A stretch of 63,600 nucleotides of DNA, filler included, from Piedraia hortae CBS 480.64 (Eukaryota), in NCBI GenBank assembly GCA_010093745.1. It is 3 parts of 3 records of this genome, joined end to end, with 100 filler letters (N's around TTAATTAATTAA, not from the genome) between each part and the next. Parts side by side here need not be neighbours in the genome. Positions count along the whole stretch, not along the records: positions 31,244 to 61,522 come from MU006056.1; 2 more parts are not named here. One strand, 5' to 3'. Below, piece after piece: positions 35,201-47,174 of the stretch; within the stretch, counting starts at the first letter, position 1, and every line of letters starts with the position of its first letter. The notes beneath the pieces were generated by a model that searched no databases, was not told the origin of the DNA, and saw only the letters and a program-made list of their open reading frames with translations. The position numbers and the translations under genes were made by a program.

Positions 35201-36830
35201 ACGCGTTCTTTTTTATTCAGGGGGCCAGTGCCTATCGGTGGCAAAGGCTTGCGTTAGGCCGGCGTTGGAGCGGAGCTGCTTTCGTGCATGCTTGTGCTCG
35301 ATTAACCGTCTTTCCAAAGAGTTAGGGGATTCTATTCACGACAGTAGGGCGCGGTGCCCTTACTCGTCGTTGGCTTGGCGTACAGCAGTGCCAGATTGCT
35401 GCGTGTTCGTCTTCTTCTCGGTCCGACTTTAACACTTGTCGTTCAACACATCCGCATCACTTCGAAATGCATTGCTGGAGTCTAACTGTTCTCAGTAGGG
35501 CAAGTTTGCTTGAAATCCCGACCCTGATTTGCTGAGAACGGGTCCCTCATGCCTTGAAGGACGTCAAATCCGAGAGTCGACGCATTTGACGAGGCTAGAT
35601 TGGTGAAAGCTGTCCCAATGCATTGCAGCATCTACCTGATATCATCCTCTCTCAAAGATTGGCAACCTCCGCAGGTGAAATCACTGCCCCACGTGTGCGA
35701 GCAAACTTCTGGCGACGCTGCATTGTCCGCGACGATCAGGACAACCCCGCAGTAAAGCACTTGATGTTAGTTTATTCTCAGATAAATAGCCAGGATATTC
35801 CAATGGAGGTTGATCAGGTCCCGTTTGATTGTCTCCATTATGCTTACGGACCTCATCTTATGGCCAGTGGCTATGGTATGGCTGTTCGCCGGACGTCATT
35901 TCATATGTTTAGGTTCATCTTAGCAAGCTCATCACCGATAGTTGCTGACATTGTGGCAGGTGATGCGGTACATGTGAAGATTTCTCTCATAGCACCATAC
36001 CATGTTAAACTTTGTGCAGTAATCAGTGGCGTGACTGGCAAACTTTTGGCCGCTTCCTTCGCACAGTGGTAGCACGAGGTTGAAGTGGACGTTTGCGAAC
36101 AGTTGGCATTCATGAACTCTCGGCATTCGCGTATCAGTTGATGCATTTTTTGCCTTGAGCAGAGGGTTGAGCGGTCAACAGTCCTCCGGGGCATGATCAA
36201 GATTGCCCTTACCACGAAGTCGCGAGGCAAACCAACATCAAGTCACAACCGAAGTAAAGTCATGCTCCTGTACCTCGATCTTTTGTCAGTGCGATAGTCT
36301 TTCCCTGGAAGTTCCTTCATATAGGCAATCTTGAGAAACCTAGTGAAGGTATAGTTGATTTTGTTCCGATGCCCCGAAGGACTTCCCAAAACTTTCTGAT
36401 CTACAGGTACGAAGCTTTGTACAACCATAGTCCAATGTTTTAAGCTCGCAGATGCAACGCCATGAGAGGTGATTGGGCGAACAAGTAGTTGATGCAATAT
36501 CTGATTTCTCAAGTTCGTCTGCTTTCAACGTCTGGTACGATGGGTTGCAATCACAAAATCTTCTTGAAGACATGCGCCATGATTATAACGTATCTGCAGG
36601 GTGTTTGTTGTGCATTGCAGGATAATTTTGACGAGTGTGCGTGTGTGGGTGGACCGGAAGATTTCGGCGCTCGGGCCACGCGCTAGCGGTTGCCCTTCCC
36701 CACACGGGGTAAACAGATCGACCAAACAAACCACGCGCCGACGACCAGCTCCTTCCACTTGCGCATTGACGCGTTCATCTCGTTCGAATCGTGCGTTTTT
36801 GACCCCTCTGGATCCATTAAATGGGTCGCC
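32280..36830 (-). pseudogene. Long decayed coding-like tract; candidate endogenous negative-strand RNA virus L-polymerase relic
   Basis: Chain of minus-strand ORF fragments, with 36833-36525, 36512-36243 and 36230-35901 in one frame. Ordered degenerate motifs: LNKKER..CRLI, FDPTK, IILDQDD, IVPAGLGGL. Identity is inference only. Confidence 0.3.
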
Positions 36831-36878
36831 CATAGGCTACACGGATGCGCGACCCCGATTTCGTGCTTCTAACAGACG

Positions 36879-39800
36879 ATGAGCGTAGCTCCGAATGGCC
36901 ATGGACGGTCCAATGGACAGTTTGGTGACAGAGCATCTCCCGGCCCTCCTCCAGCTCATGCGCGCTCCAATTCGGCATTCAATTTGGGAGGGCGCAATCC
37001 TTCGTTCGTCGGCGGCCTGAGCAGGACGGGCTCAGTTCGGAACAGCACTCCAGCAGGCACGTTCGCGCCAAAATTCATTCAGAATGAACAGATTGCGGGC
37101 GCAGAAGAGCGCGTCGGCGGAATTGAGGGAGAGAATGACTTGTCCGGCAAGAAGTATGTGTGGCTCAGGGATCCCCAACTGGCGTTTGTTCGCGGATATG
37201 TGGTGGAGGAGCTTCCCAACGAAGTGCTCAGAGTACAATGCGACGACGGCAGCCAAAGGGAAGTCTCGGTGGACGATGTTGAGAAGGTTAACCCTGCCAA
37301 GTTTGACAAGGCCAACGACATGGCCGGTCTGACGCACTTGAACGAGCCCTCGGTGCTGCACAATCTCAATCAACGCTATCAGTCGGACTTGATATACACC
37401 TATTCCGGTCTGTTTTTGGTGGCAGTGAACCCGTACATGCAGATTCCAATCTATGGCCGAGACTACATTAATATGTACATTGGCCGTGGGCTGGAAGAGA
37501 CGAAGCCGCACATCTTCGCCATGGCCGACAAGGCTTTTACCAGCTTAACGACCGAAGGCGGTAACCAGTCGATCTTGGTGACGGGAGAGTCTGGTGCGGG
37601 CAAGACGGAGAACACGAAGAAGGTGATCCAATACCTTGCAGAGGTGGCCAAACAGACGCCGTCAAAACAACATTCCAATCTCTCTGAGCAAATCTTGCGC
37701 GCAAATCCCATCTTGGAAGCCTTTGGCAATGCGCAGACTGTGCGAAACAATAACTCGTCGCGGTTTGGGAAGTTTATCCGCATACAATTCACTCGATCGG
37801 GGCAGATTGCCGGTGCCTTTATTGACTGGTATCTCTTGGAGAAGAGCAGAGTAGTTCATGCCAATCCTCGCGAGCGTTCCTATCACATCTTCTACCAGTT
37901 GCTCCGGGGCGCTGACCAGACCACGCGTCGGGAGCTGTTGCTCAATAATATGAATGTTGGTGATTTTGAGTATACCAAATATGGGAATGACCACATCGCC
38001 GGCATCTCAGATGCTGATGAATGGGCGCAGCTCCTAGATGCGTTTAATATAATGGGCTTCACCAAGGCTGACCAAACCGCTATTCTGCAAACAATGGCCG
38101 CCGTCCTACATCTCAGCAACGTGCAAGTAGTTAAAGAAAGTCTGCGGGCTGATCAGGCAGCTTTGGCACCCCAAGCAGAAATTGCCGTGCAAGACGCCTG
38201 CAGATTGCTCGGCATCGATGCAGATGCTTTCACCAAGGCGCTGTTGCATCCGCGGGTGAAGGCTGGGCACGAACTTGTCGAAAAGGTGCAGACGCCGGAG
38301 CAAGTCAGGTTCTCATTGGAAGCTCTTGCCAAGGGCATCTACGAGCGTGGGTTCGGCGATCTGGTTAACCGGATCAACCGACAACTTGACCGCACCTCTT
38401 CCGTTTCTATTGCCGAGGAAACGTCTTTTATCGGCGTGCTGGACATTGCGGGTTTCGAAATTTTTGAGCAAAACAGCTTCGAGCAGCTCTGCATCAATTA
38501 CACCAACGAAAAACTCCAGCAGTTCTTCAACCACCACATGTTTGTGCTCGAGCAAGACGAATATGCCCGTGAACAAATTCAGTGGAATTTTATCGACTTT
38601 GGCAAGGATCTGCAGCCTACCATTGACCTCATCGAAGTGACGAATCCAGTCGGTATCTTTTCTTGCTTGGACGAAGACTCTGTAATGCCAAAAGCCACCG
38701 ACAAGACCTTTACCGAGAAGCTGCACAGCCTCTGGGAGGGCAAGTCGCCAAAGTACAAGCGTAATCTCCTCACACAGGGCTTTATGCTTACCCACTATGC
38801 CTCGACGGTCGAGTATTCTACAGAAGGATGGCTCGAGAAGAACAAGGACCCTCTGAATGACAACGTCACCAAGCTCCTGGCTTCATCAAGCAACAAGCAC
38901 ATTGCCAACCTCTTCTCAGACTGTGCAGAAGTCGATGAGTCTATGGAAGGTGCTAGCCGTAGCCGCACCAAGAAGGGACTCTTCCGGACTGTTGCGCAGA
39001 GACACAAGGAGCAGCTATCCACCCTCATGAGCCAGCTCCACAGCACCAAGCCACACTTTGTCCGCTGCATTCTGCCAAACAACAACAAACGACCAAAGCA
39101 GTTTGTGGGACCTTTGGTCCTCGACCAGCTCCGCTGCAATGGTGTGCTCGAGGGAATCCGCATTGCCCGCAACGGGTACCCGAACCGCCTCCCCTTTGCA
39201 GAGTTCCGAGCTCGTTACGAAGTCCTCTGCAAGAACATGCTCAAGAGCGGCATGGACGGCCGCATGGCGTGTCAGATGATGCTCCAGCAGCTGAACCTGG
39301 ATGAATCCTGGTACCGCGTCGGGATCAGCAAGGTCTTCTTCCGCGCCGGAGTGCTGGCAGATTTGGAAGAACGCCGCGATGCCATGATCAGGGCCATCTT
39401 CGAAAGGTTCGCCAGCGTTGCCCGTGGCTGGGTCCAAAGGCGAATGTTCAAGAAGCGACAACATCGTGCAGAAGCCACGAGGATTATCCAGCACAACTTC
39501 CAAGTTTATCTTGAGATGCAGGCCAATCCGTGGTGGCGTCTGTTTGTGCGAATGCGTCCCCTGCTCGGTGCCACGCGTCAGTCCAACGAGGCCAAGAAGC
39601 GGGAAGAGGAGATGAAAAAGCTGCAGGAGAAGATGCAAGCTGATCACGTCAAGGCAGAGGAGGAGCGACGGCGGGCGGAAGCTGAGATTCAGCGAGTTCA
39701 GCAGACTCTTGAAAGCGAACGTGCACTTGCTTTGGATAAGGAGGAAATCTTCCGTCGTCTGCAGCACCGCGAGGCTGATCTCACCGAAAAGCTCAGAGGA

Positions 39801-42800
39801 GCTATCGAGGATCAAGAAGCCTTGGAGGGCCAGGTGGATGAACTGTTCGCTGCCCGCAAGGAAGCTGACCGAGTGGCCCAGGAACGCCTCATGCAGCTAG
39901 AGAAGGCCGGCAATATCGTCTCGAGGCTCGAGCAGGAGAAGCATGAGCTTAACGGTCGCATTGCTGAGCTGGAGGCCCTACTGGAAGAGGTTGAGCAATC
40001 AAGAAATCAGAGGACGGAGCAGGAAGAGCGGCTTCAAGGGGAAATTCGCATGCTGCAAAGCCAACTGAGCCTCAAAGAACGCAAGCTTCAGGATCTGGAA
40101 ACGAAACTGTTGGACAACGAGAACGAGTTGGATGCCAAACTTGCTCATGTCGATAAGCTCCAGCAAGAGTCCAAGAAACAGATCCGGGAGCTCGTCGACG
40201 AGAACCGGTCCATTCGCCAGCAGATGACTGACCTATCGGCTACATCCACCAGCTTTGAGGATGTCATCCGTCGCAAGGACAGCGAGTTGGCTATACTCAA
40301 GACAGATCTGCGTAGGTTTCAAGATGACCGACAGCGGTTCGAGGAGGAGAAGCAGACTCTCACGGCTGAGCGAGACAGTGTGCTTGGCGAACAGCGCAAT
40401 ATCAGGGCGCAGATGGAAGCGTATCAGTCGCAGCTGGAGAAGGCTGAACGAGAAGCTGCCGATGCACGGAGGGCGTTGGAAGAGCAATCGTCAGCCAATG
40501 AACAGGTGGAAATGCTGGAGATGCAGCTCCACGAGATCAAAGGCGAACTGTTTCAGACTCAGACAGATCTCAGCCGGGAGCGACAGTCGAGGGACGACGT
40601 CAAACGCATCGCCCAGGCCGAGTATGAGGATCTGAAGCGTGAATACGACAGCCTCAACGAGTCCAAGGTCACGATTGAAAAGGAAATGTATGTCCAGTCT
40701 GACCTAACACGCAACGCGACCGCCGCACGTTTAAGGGCTGAAAAGGATCGTAAGGAGTTCCAGGCCGAACTTCAGGCTTTGCGGAAAAAATTCATTGAGC
40801 TGCAAGAGGCCAAGATTGACTGCGAAGCGGCTGTGGAGCGGACCGTCCTGCAGCAGGCCAACGAACGGCATGCCGTCACTCGTCGTGAGCTAGAGGCGAG
40901 CATGGAGCGGCTAGAACACATCGAGCTTGAGAAGACGCAGCTATCGAACAAGGTGCAGGAGCTGAAGACTCTGATTGCCAACTCTGAAAACTTCAAGCTG
41001 CACCACGATCAGGAGAAGGTGCGGCTTGAACGAGAACTCGTTACCATCAAGGGCAGGCTGACGGCGTCGGAAAATGACAACCGAGCCTTGTTAAACAAAG
41101 TGCAGCAGAAGAACTTGGACATCGCCCGGTCAAATTCTCGAGTTTCTGATGGTCAGCGCTCTCGCATTGCCCAGCTGACGGCGGAGAAGACCAAGTCCGA
41201 AGAAGAGGTCAAGCAGGCGCACAAGCAGCTCAACGAGGCTCAGCTCACCATTGCCAGCTTAGAGAAGAAGGCTGAGAGACTGAAGATGGAAGCCGAAGAT
41301 CTGAAGTACGAGTTGGATCGCGAGCACAAGGCAACAAGGTCGGCAGAGCAGAGCAGCAGCACGAGCATGACGCAGCTGGCAGAGGTCAACCGTAAACTCG
41401 AGACGGAGCGGCAGATGCGCACAAAGGCCGAAGCCACCGCCCGAGAGACGCGTTCGATGCTGACTTCCCGCGAGGCGGAGCTCAACGAGGCCCATGAGAA
41501 CCTGCGGCTGCTGCAGAAAGTGTTTGACCCAGAGGCTGGCAAGGTCTCGTTCAAGCAGAAGCCAGACATGACGCAGACAATAGATCTTGCCAAGAAGTTG
41601 GAAGCCACCGAAGAAGCTCTTGCTCTCGCCAACGAGCGTCTGGCTCATGCCCAGAGCGAACGTGCCCAGCTCCCAGAGGGTAACGTCAAGCGGGTTTTGC
41701 TGGAGGAGATGAATTCTAGTCAAGTTAACGCCAGATCGTCGCCCAGTAACCAACGGCGTGAGTGGATGAGAGCTTCTACGCCAGTCAATGTCACTCCCAT
41801 AGCCCAGCGACATCTCAGCAAGGCAAGCACGAGTTCTGCAAAGTCAGACCGAACTGAAGACATCATGGCCTACCATCAACGCATGGATCTTGCAGCCGAG
41901 CTGGAACAGGCGCAGAATCAGCTGCAAATGTCTGAAATGCGTAACAAGCACCTGCAGGCTCAGATTGAACGTAGCAGCCCGACCAAGGGCTTTGGTGATG
42001 ACGACAGCTCGTCGATGCGGCGCATGCAGAAACTGGAGCGTGAGAATGGACGGCTACATGACATGCTTGACGATTCCAGCAAGAAGGTCTCGCAGCTGGA
42101 ACAGAGCGTTCGAACCGGGCAGCTTTCCCTCAAAGAAGTCCAGACTAAGAGTCATGAAGAGCTGTTTGACCTCATTGGGTCGCAAGAGGACTCGAGGCGC
42201 ACGCTCTTGGCTGCCCATAACTCTGCCGTGGCCGAACTGGCTGATGCAAAGGTCGCGTTTGACGAAGTCAAGCAGAACAGCATCGCAAATGAAGTGGAGT
42301 TGCGGGATGCACGGTCCGAGCTTGAAGAGCTGTACTATGAACGGGAGCAGGAGACGGCCAAACACGCCCAGCTGTTGGAAGAGTTTTCTGATCTGCAGCT
42401 CAGGCTGGACACAGAATCGTCCAAATTGGTGGATGCCACGCACAGCCTCAACCTCTACAAAGCGCGGGCGGACGAATACTTTGCCAAGCTGGAAACGGCC
42501 GAAGTCCATGTGCTCAAGGCCAAGAAGGCTGAAGAATTTGCAAAGGCCCAAGCCAAGGAGACGGAAGAGCAGTGTGCGCAGGTCATGGCCGAGCGGAAAC
42601 AAATGGACGCCCAGCTAGAAGACCTTCAACGCATGGTGCAACAGTACGAGGAACGCGTTGCGGATTTGACCGACGATCTCGACGGTGCATTGTCGAATAA
42701 GAAGCGACTGCAAAACGAGCTCGAGGATTATCGATCCCAACGTGCAATGGACATTGAAGACAAGGAGTCTTCCTTGGAGCAGACGAGAAAGAAGTATCAG

Positions 42801-44006
42801 TCTGAGCTTGCTTCGCTGACGAATGAACTCGAGATTGAGCGAGATAATGTCATCCACGCCCGCGGTGAGAACAGTCGTCTGCGTGATGAACTCGAGGAGT
42901 TACGCTGCAAGTGGGACGATGAGGTCCTGAATTCTTCGTCATGGGCCAAAGAGAAGTCCCGTCTGGAGGTTGCCGTGCAGGGCTTATCAGACTCCCGGGA
43001 CGAAGCCGTTAATGCTCACAATGAAGCCCAGAGTAAGATCGTCGATCTGCTTGGCCAAGTGCGCAATCTCCGCAGCAATGTCGACGATGTTGCGGCTGAA
43101 CGGGACGAACTGATCAAGCAGAAGAAGGGATTGGAAGCACGATTGAAGGAGGCTGCTGAGCGGCTGGAGAACGTTTCCTCGTCGCCGTCCAAGCGGGATG
43201 CGGCTTTGGTTGACCGCGAAGTGCTAGCATTGAAGACACAACTGGCAGAAAAAGAAGACATTACCACAGCGGCAGTGGGCAAAATGCGTCGTGCGGAAGC
43301 CTTGGCGCAGGAAGTTCAGAAAGACCTGGCCCAATCACGCGATGATAGCGCTCAACTGCACAAGGACAAGGCGGCCTTGGAAAAGACGGTCAAGGATCTG
43401 CAGCTTAAGTGCATCGAGCTCGAGACCAAGGGATACTCTAGTGCCAGTAACGATGTGCGCTTCCTTCACGGTCGTATCCAAGAGGTGAGTCACGGAAAAC
43501 CTATACATGATGAGAAATGACTAACAGCCTAGCTCGAAACAAACCTCGAAGCCCTCGAAAAGACTCGGGCAAGCGAAGCCCGCAGCGTGCGCAACGTTGA
43601 TCGCACAGTCAAAGACCTTGAGGCCCAACTGGAGCGTCGAGACAAGTCCGCCCAACTAATGACCGAAGACCTCAACAAAGCCCGCAACAAGATCTCCCGC
43701 CTCTTAGAAAACATTGACGAGCTCCACGCCGCAGATTCAGAAACACAGCTAGCCGTCAAGCGCGCAGAGCGCGAACTCCGCGAAGAGCGGGAGAAATCCC
43801 TCCGTCTGGAGCGGGAAGTTGATACCCTCCGCACCGCGGCTCAAGAGCGCGAGCGAAGCGTCCGTAGAGCGGGCACGCTAGCAGCACTCAGCGACAATGG
43901 AGGCGGAAGCAGACGCGGCAGTTCCATTGGTCTGGGGAGCGTGAATGGAGATGTTACGATTGAAGTCCCACCCAGAAAGAGCAGTCTCAGTAAAGGTTTT
44001 TTGTAG
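36879..44006 (+). CDS. MYO1: Myosin type II heavy chain, about 2359 aa, 2 exons
   Basis: GESGAGKTENTKKVIQYLA, NNNSSRFGKFI, LDIAGFE, QLRCNGVLEGIRI and a long coiled-coil tail. Intron 43485-43532 (GTGAGT...CTAAC...TAG) joins in frame to the 43533-44006 exon. Symbol follows S. cerevisiae nomenclature. Confidence 0.96.
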
Positions 44007-44314
44007 ATGATGGCGCGTTGGGAGTTCGGAGCTTAAGGGTCAGGGTCCTTTCAAAGGCTTTTTTGTAAATATATTTTTTTTGACTTCAAGGTAATGGTAT
44101 ATATTTCAGTGGGTGCATTCAATACCGTAGTCTGTGTCATTGTAGCTATTCAAGATGGTTGCAACCAAAGGATTGCCATTCTATATCTGTACCAGTGAGT
44201 GAGGTTCATGGATTGACAATCTGTACCAACTATGCCACTATTCAAATACAATCCACCAACAATTATACATGTACACCCTAACCCAACAACTTCTTTTACG
44301 TCCCAAGTTCTGTA

Positions 44315-45675
44315 TCATACCAACTTCTTAACAACCCATTTACCGAGCTTCACACTAGGCTGATCAATCCACCTGGTCCCCAACTCCGCCAAAAACAAAT
44401 TAACCGGCAGGACGATAGCTTGCACGACAAGAAACCTACTCGTTAACCCCGTGGGTCCCACATCGGGAATCGCCAAGATCCCATCCCACCACATCGCATG
44501 CTCCCTCGGCTGACCAAGCACTCTACTAATTCGATCCCCGGCGGTCCAGAGAAGGGGAATATGGGTTAGATAGAACGAGAAGCTGACTCTTCCGAGGAAG
44601 CGTAGGGGACGGGTTTCGAAGAGTCGTTGTAGCCAGGGGATGCGGAGGAGGGTATATACTGCTAAGGCTGAGCCGGGGATCTCCCAGAAGCGCCAGTATT
44701 CGTCATTGTAGTACCTCGTTGGGTGAAGGTTTTGGTGAGAGTGTACCAGCCGGGGGTGTTGGAGGATTGGGAGGGAATGCGTCCACTTGTGGGTTGGGAG
44801 AGGAGGTACCATGCTAATATTAAGAGGGTGTGGTTGATTAGGGATGTTGTTTTTGAGTTGAAGGTTTCGGGTAGGGTCGGGCTGAGCTCGTTGAGGGCTA
44901 GGATGATGCCTGCGATGAACATTGCCAAGGCCCATTGGTATGTAGCCGTGAAGATTGCTGTCATGATGAGGAATATCCCGAGGCGGTACCGTGATCGCAC
45001 AAAACTGACGAGTGCGAGAGCGAGGAAGACGACGATTGAGCCCACGAATTCAACCGCAATAGTCCATACGGGTGGGTTGTAGCAGAACCATCTCCCAAAT
45101 GGACCTGAGTCGATAAAGGGATAGAAGACTATGGCACATTCTTTGATCCATTTGATCAGTTCTTGGGGAAGGGAATCAAGCGGTTCAGGCCAATCGATAT
45201 GAGGAGATAGGCCAAAGGGCAGATGCATTGTAAGCACGAGCATTAACGAAAAGGCCAGTGGCGGGAGGAAGAGCCTGATCGGTCGACGTATGGACGCGCC
45301 TAGCAATTTCCTCCGCACCTTTTTCCCAGACGCTTGTCCATCCCGCACCATCGTTTGTAAATGTGATTTACTCAGCACGAAGCCTGACAGGACGAAGAAA
45401 ATAGCCACAGCCGCCGCCCCCCCGGTCCAGAAGAGCCTCACGATGGGCAAAGCGGCAAAGGACCATGGCTTATCTTCGTAGCCAAGTCCGAAGAACAGAG
45501 GATTGTCTCCTTCATACCAGTAGGCAACCCAGTGGGAGTTGTACACCATCAACGCGGCAATACCCCGTAGTCCATTGAGAAACTCGAGAGATTCCCCCTG
45601 TGTCTTCTCATTTATCTGGCTTTCGACATCTTGAATCTCGGAAAAATCGTCGAGGGGAATTTCATGATAGTTCAT
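44315..45675 (-). pseudogene. Acyltransferase family 3 (OafA-like membrane O-acyltransferase) with a single frameshift; pseudogene or sequence error
   Basis: FLNGLRGIAA, AVAIFFVLSGFVL, RRPIRLF and WTIAVEF lie in one frame. YYNDEYWRFW and FLGRVSFSFYLTH lie in another. The frame changes near 44722 with no room for an intron. Confidence 0.8.
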
Positions 45676-45856
45676 TGTGTGTTCATGTCAAAACATTACT
45701 CAATCACTTCTATAGTCATCTATGTAGTCCGACTGATTGTGATGTGATGTGACGCGGTGTGAATGCCACGTGGCGGCCCGACCCGCTGACATGCCGATCC
45801 CCACAATGACGTCACTGTCGCAACCTCGTCGCGCAGCAAAACGCGCTGAGCGACCC

Positions 45857-47107
45857 ATGGCAGGCAATATCAGCGCCTATGTAATCACCTTCAACTGCGC
45901 GCGAACTCCAGTGCACAGGGAATATTTCTCCGCAAACCTTTTCAATGCGCTGCCTGCGAGCGCTTCGGCCCCAGACTTGCTGGTGTTTTCTCTCCAAGAG
46001 CTTGCGCCCATTACATTTGCCTTCTTGGGTGGATCCTGGCTGACTCCTTATTTTGCAGCTTTCTCGGCTGCCTTGAACGATGCTGTGCGTCAAAAGTTTG
46101 GCCTCGAGCCGTACGTCAAACTGGCAGCTTGCAATGTGGGCATGACGGGCATCATGGTCTTTGCAAGGCCTGAATTCGAAGAGAGAGCACGTGTACTGGC
46201 AACGGCAGGTACGGGAGTGGGGCTATGGAAGATGGGAAATAAGGGTGCGGTTGGGGTGCGGTTGAAGGTGGATGGACGGGTCACGGTGACGTTTGTTGGT
46301 GCGCATCTCGCGCCAATGGAATTGGCATGGGAGCGGAGGAATGAGGACTGGAAGAATATTTGTCAAGACTTGGTGTTTGAGGGTCCGAGTTCTGGGTCCG
46401 AAACCGAGCCTTTACTTGGTGGTGAGGAGACAGGAGAGCAAGAGCTGTTTGATCCGCCCTCATACATCTATCTTGCTGGCGATCTCAACTACAGAGCATC
46501 TGATCAGCCGCCTGGCTGGCAGGACCATGAATCTTGGCCTCAACCCGGCGAATCGTCCCGCCATTATGATTCCCTCTTGCAAAATGATCAGCTCCGACGC
46601 GAGCAAGGGGAAAATGCAACCCTACAGAACTTTGTCGAAGCCCCGGTTCAGTTTCCACCAACATACAAATATTCCAGCGCGGCTCAAAAACTCGCACTTT
46701 CCACATCCAAAAAGGACGGCGTGGTTACGTCTTCCACGGATGAGCTTCCCAGATGGCAGTGGGCCAAGCATAGAGTGCCTAGCTGGTGCGATCGCATCCT
46801 GTACCTGTCACACAGCGCTGTGCAGGTTCAAAATTACACAGCTCTTCCGGTGCAACCGACGTCTGATCATCGACCCGTAGTTCTTTCTTGCTCGTTTCCA
46901 GCAAAACCCATCGATACGAGCGTGAAGAATCCTTTCCCAGTCAGTAAAGACTGGCGAGAATCACGCAAAAGGGCTCGACAGCTAGAGTATTTGATTGGAC
47001 TCTTGTCGTATCCTGTGCTGACGATGGAGGGTCGGTTAATGGTTTTGGGAACGATAATAGGAGTTTTGGGCGGTTACTTCTTGCTTAGGGCTTTGTTTCT
47101 GTGGTAG
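45857..47107 (+). CDS. Inositol polyphosphate 5-phosphatase with C-terminal membrane anchor (Inp54-like)
   Basis: ITFNC, SLQE, GNKGAVGVR, AHLAP, GDLNYR, PPTYKY, PSWCDRIL, SDHRPV, hydrophobic C-terminus. ATG 45857 assumed. Confidence 0.9.
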   Translation: MAGNISAYVITFNCARTPVHREYFSANLFNALPASASAPDLLVFSLQELAPITFAFLGGSWLTPYFAAFSAALNDAVRQKFGLEPYVKLAACNVGMTGIMVFARPEFEERARVLATAGTGVGLWKMGNKGAVGVRLKVDGRVTVTFVGAHLAPMELAWERRNEDWKNICQDLVFEGPSSGSETEPLLGGEETGEQELFDPPSYIYLAGDLNYRASDQPPGWQDHESWPQPGESSRHYDSLLQNDQLRREQGENATLQNFVEAPVQFPPTYKYSSAAQKLALSTSKKDGVVTSSTDELPRWQWAKHRVPSWCDRILYLSHSAVQVQNYTALPVQPTSDHRPVVLSCSFPAKPIDTSVKNPFPVSKDWRESRKRARQLEYLIGLLSYPVLTMEGRLMVLGTIIGVLGGYFLLRALFLW

Positions 47108-47174
47108 AAGTTAGACATGGGGCTATTTCTGACGTTGAAGCTACATACCTTGTCACGCCAAGACTTTGCTCATT

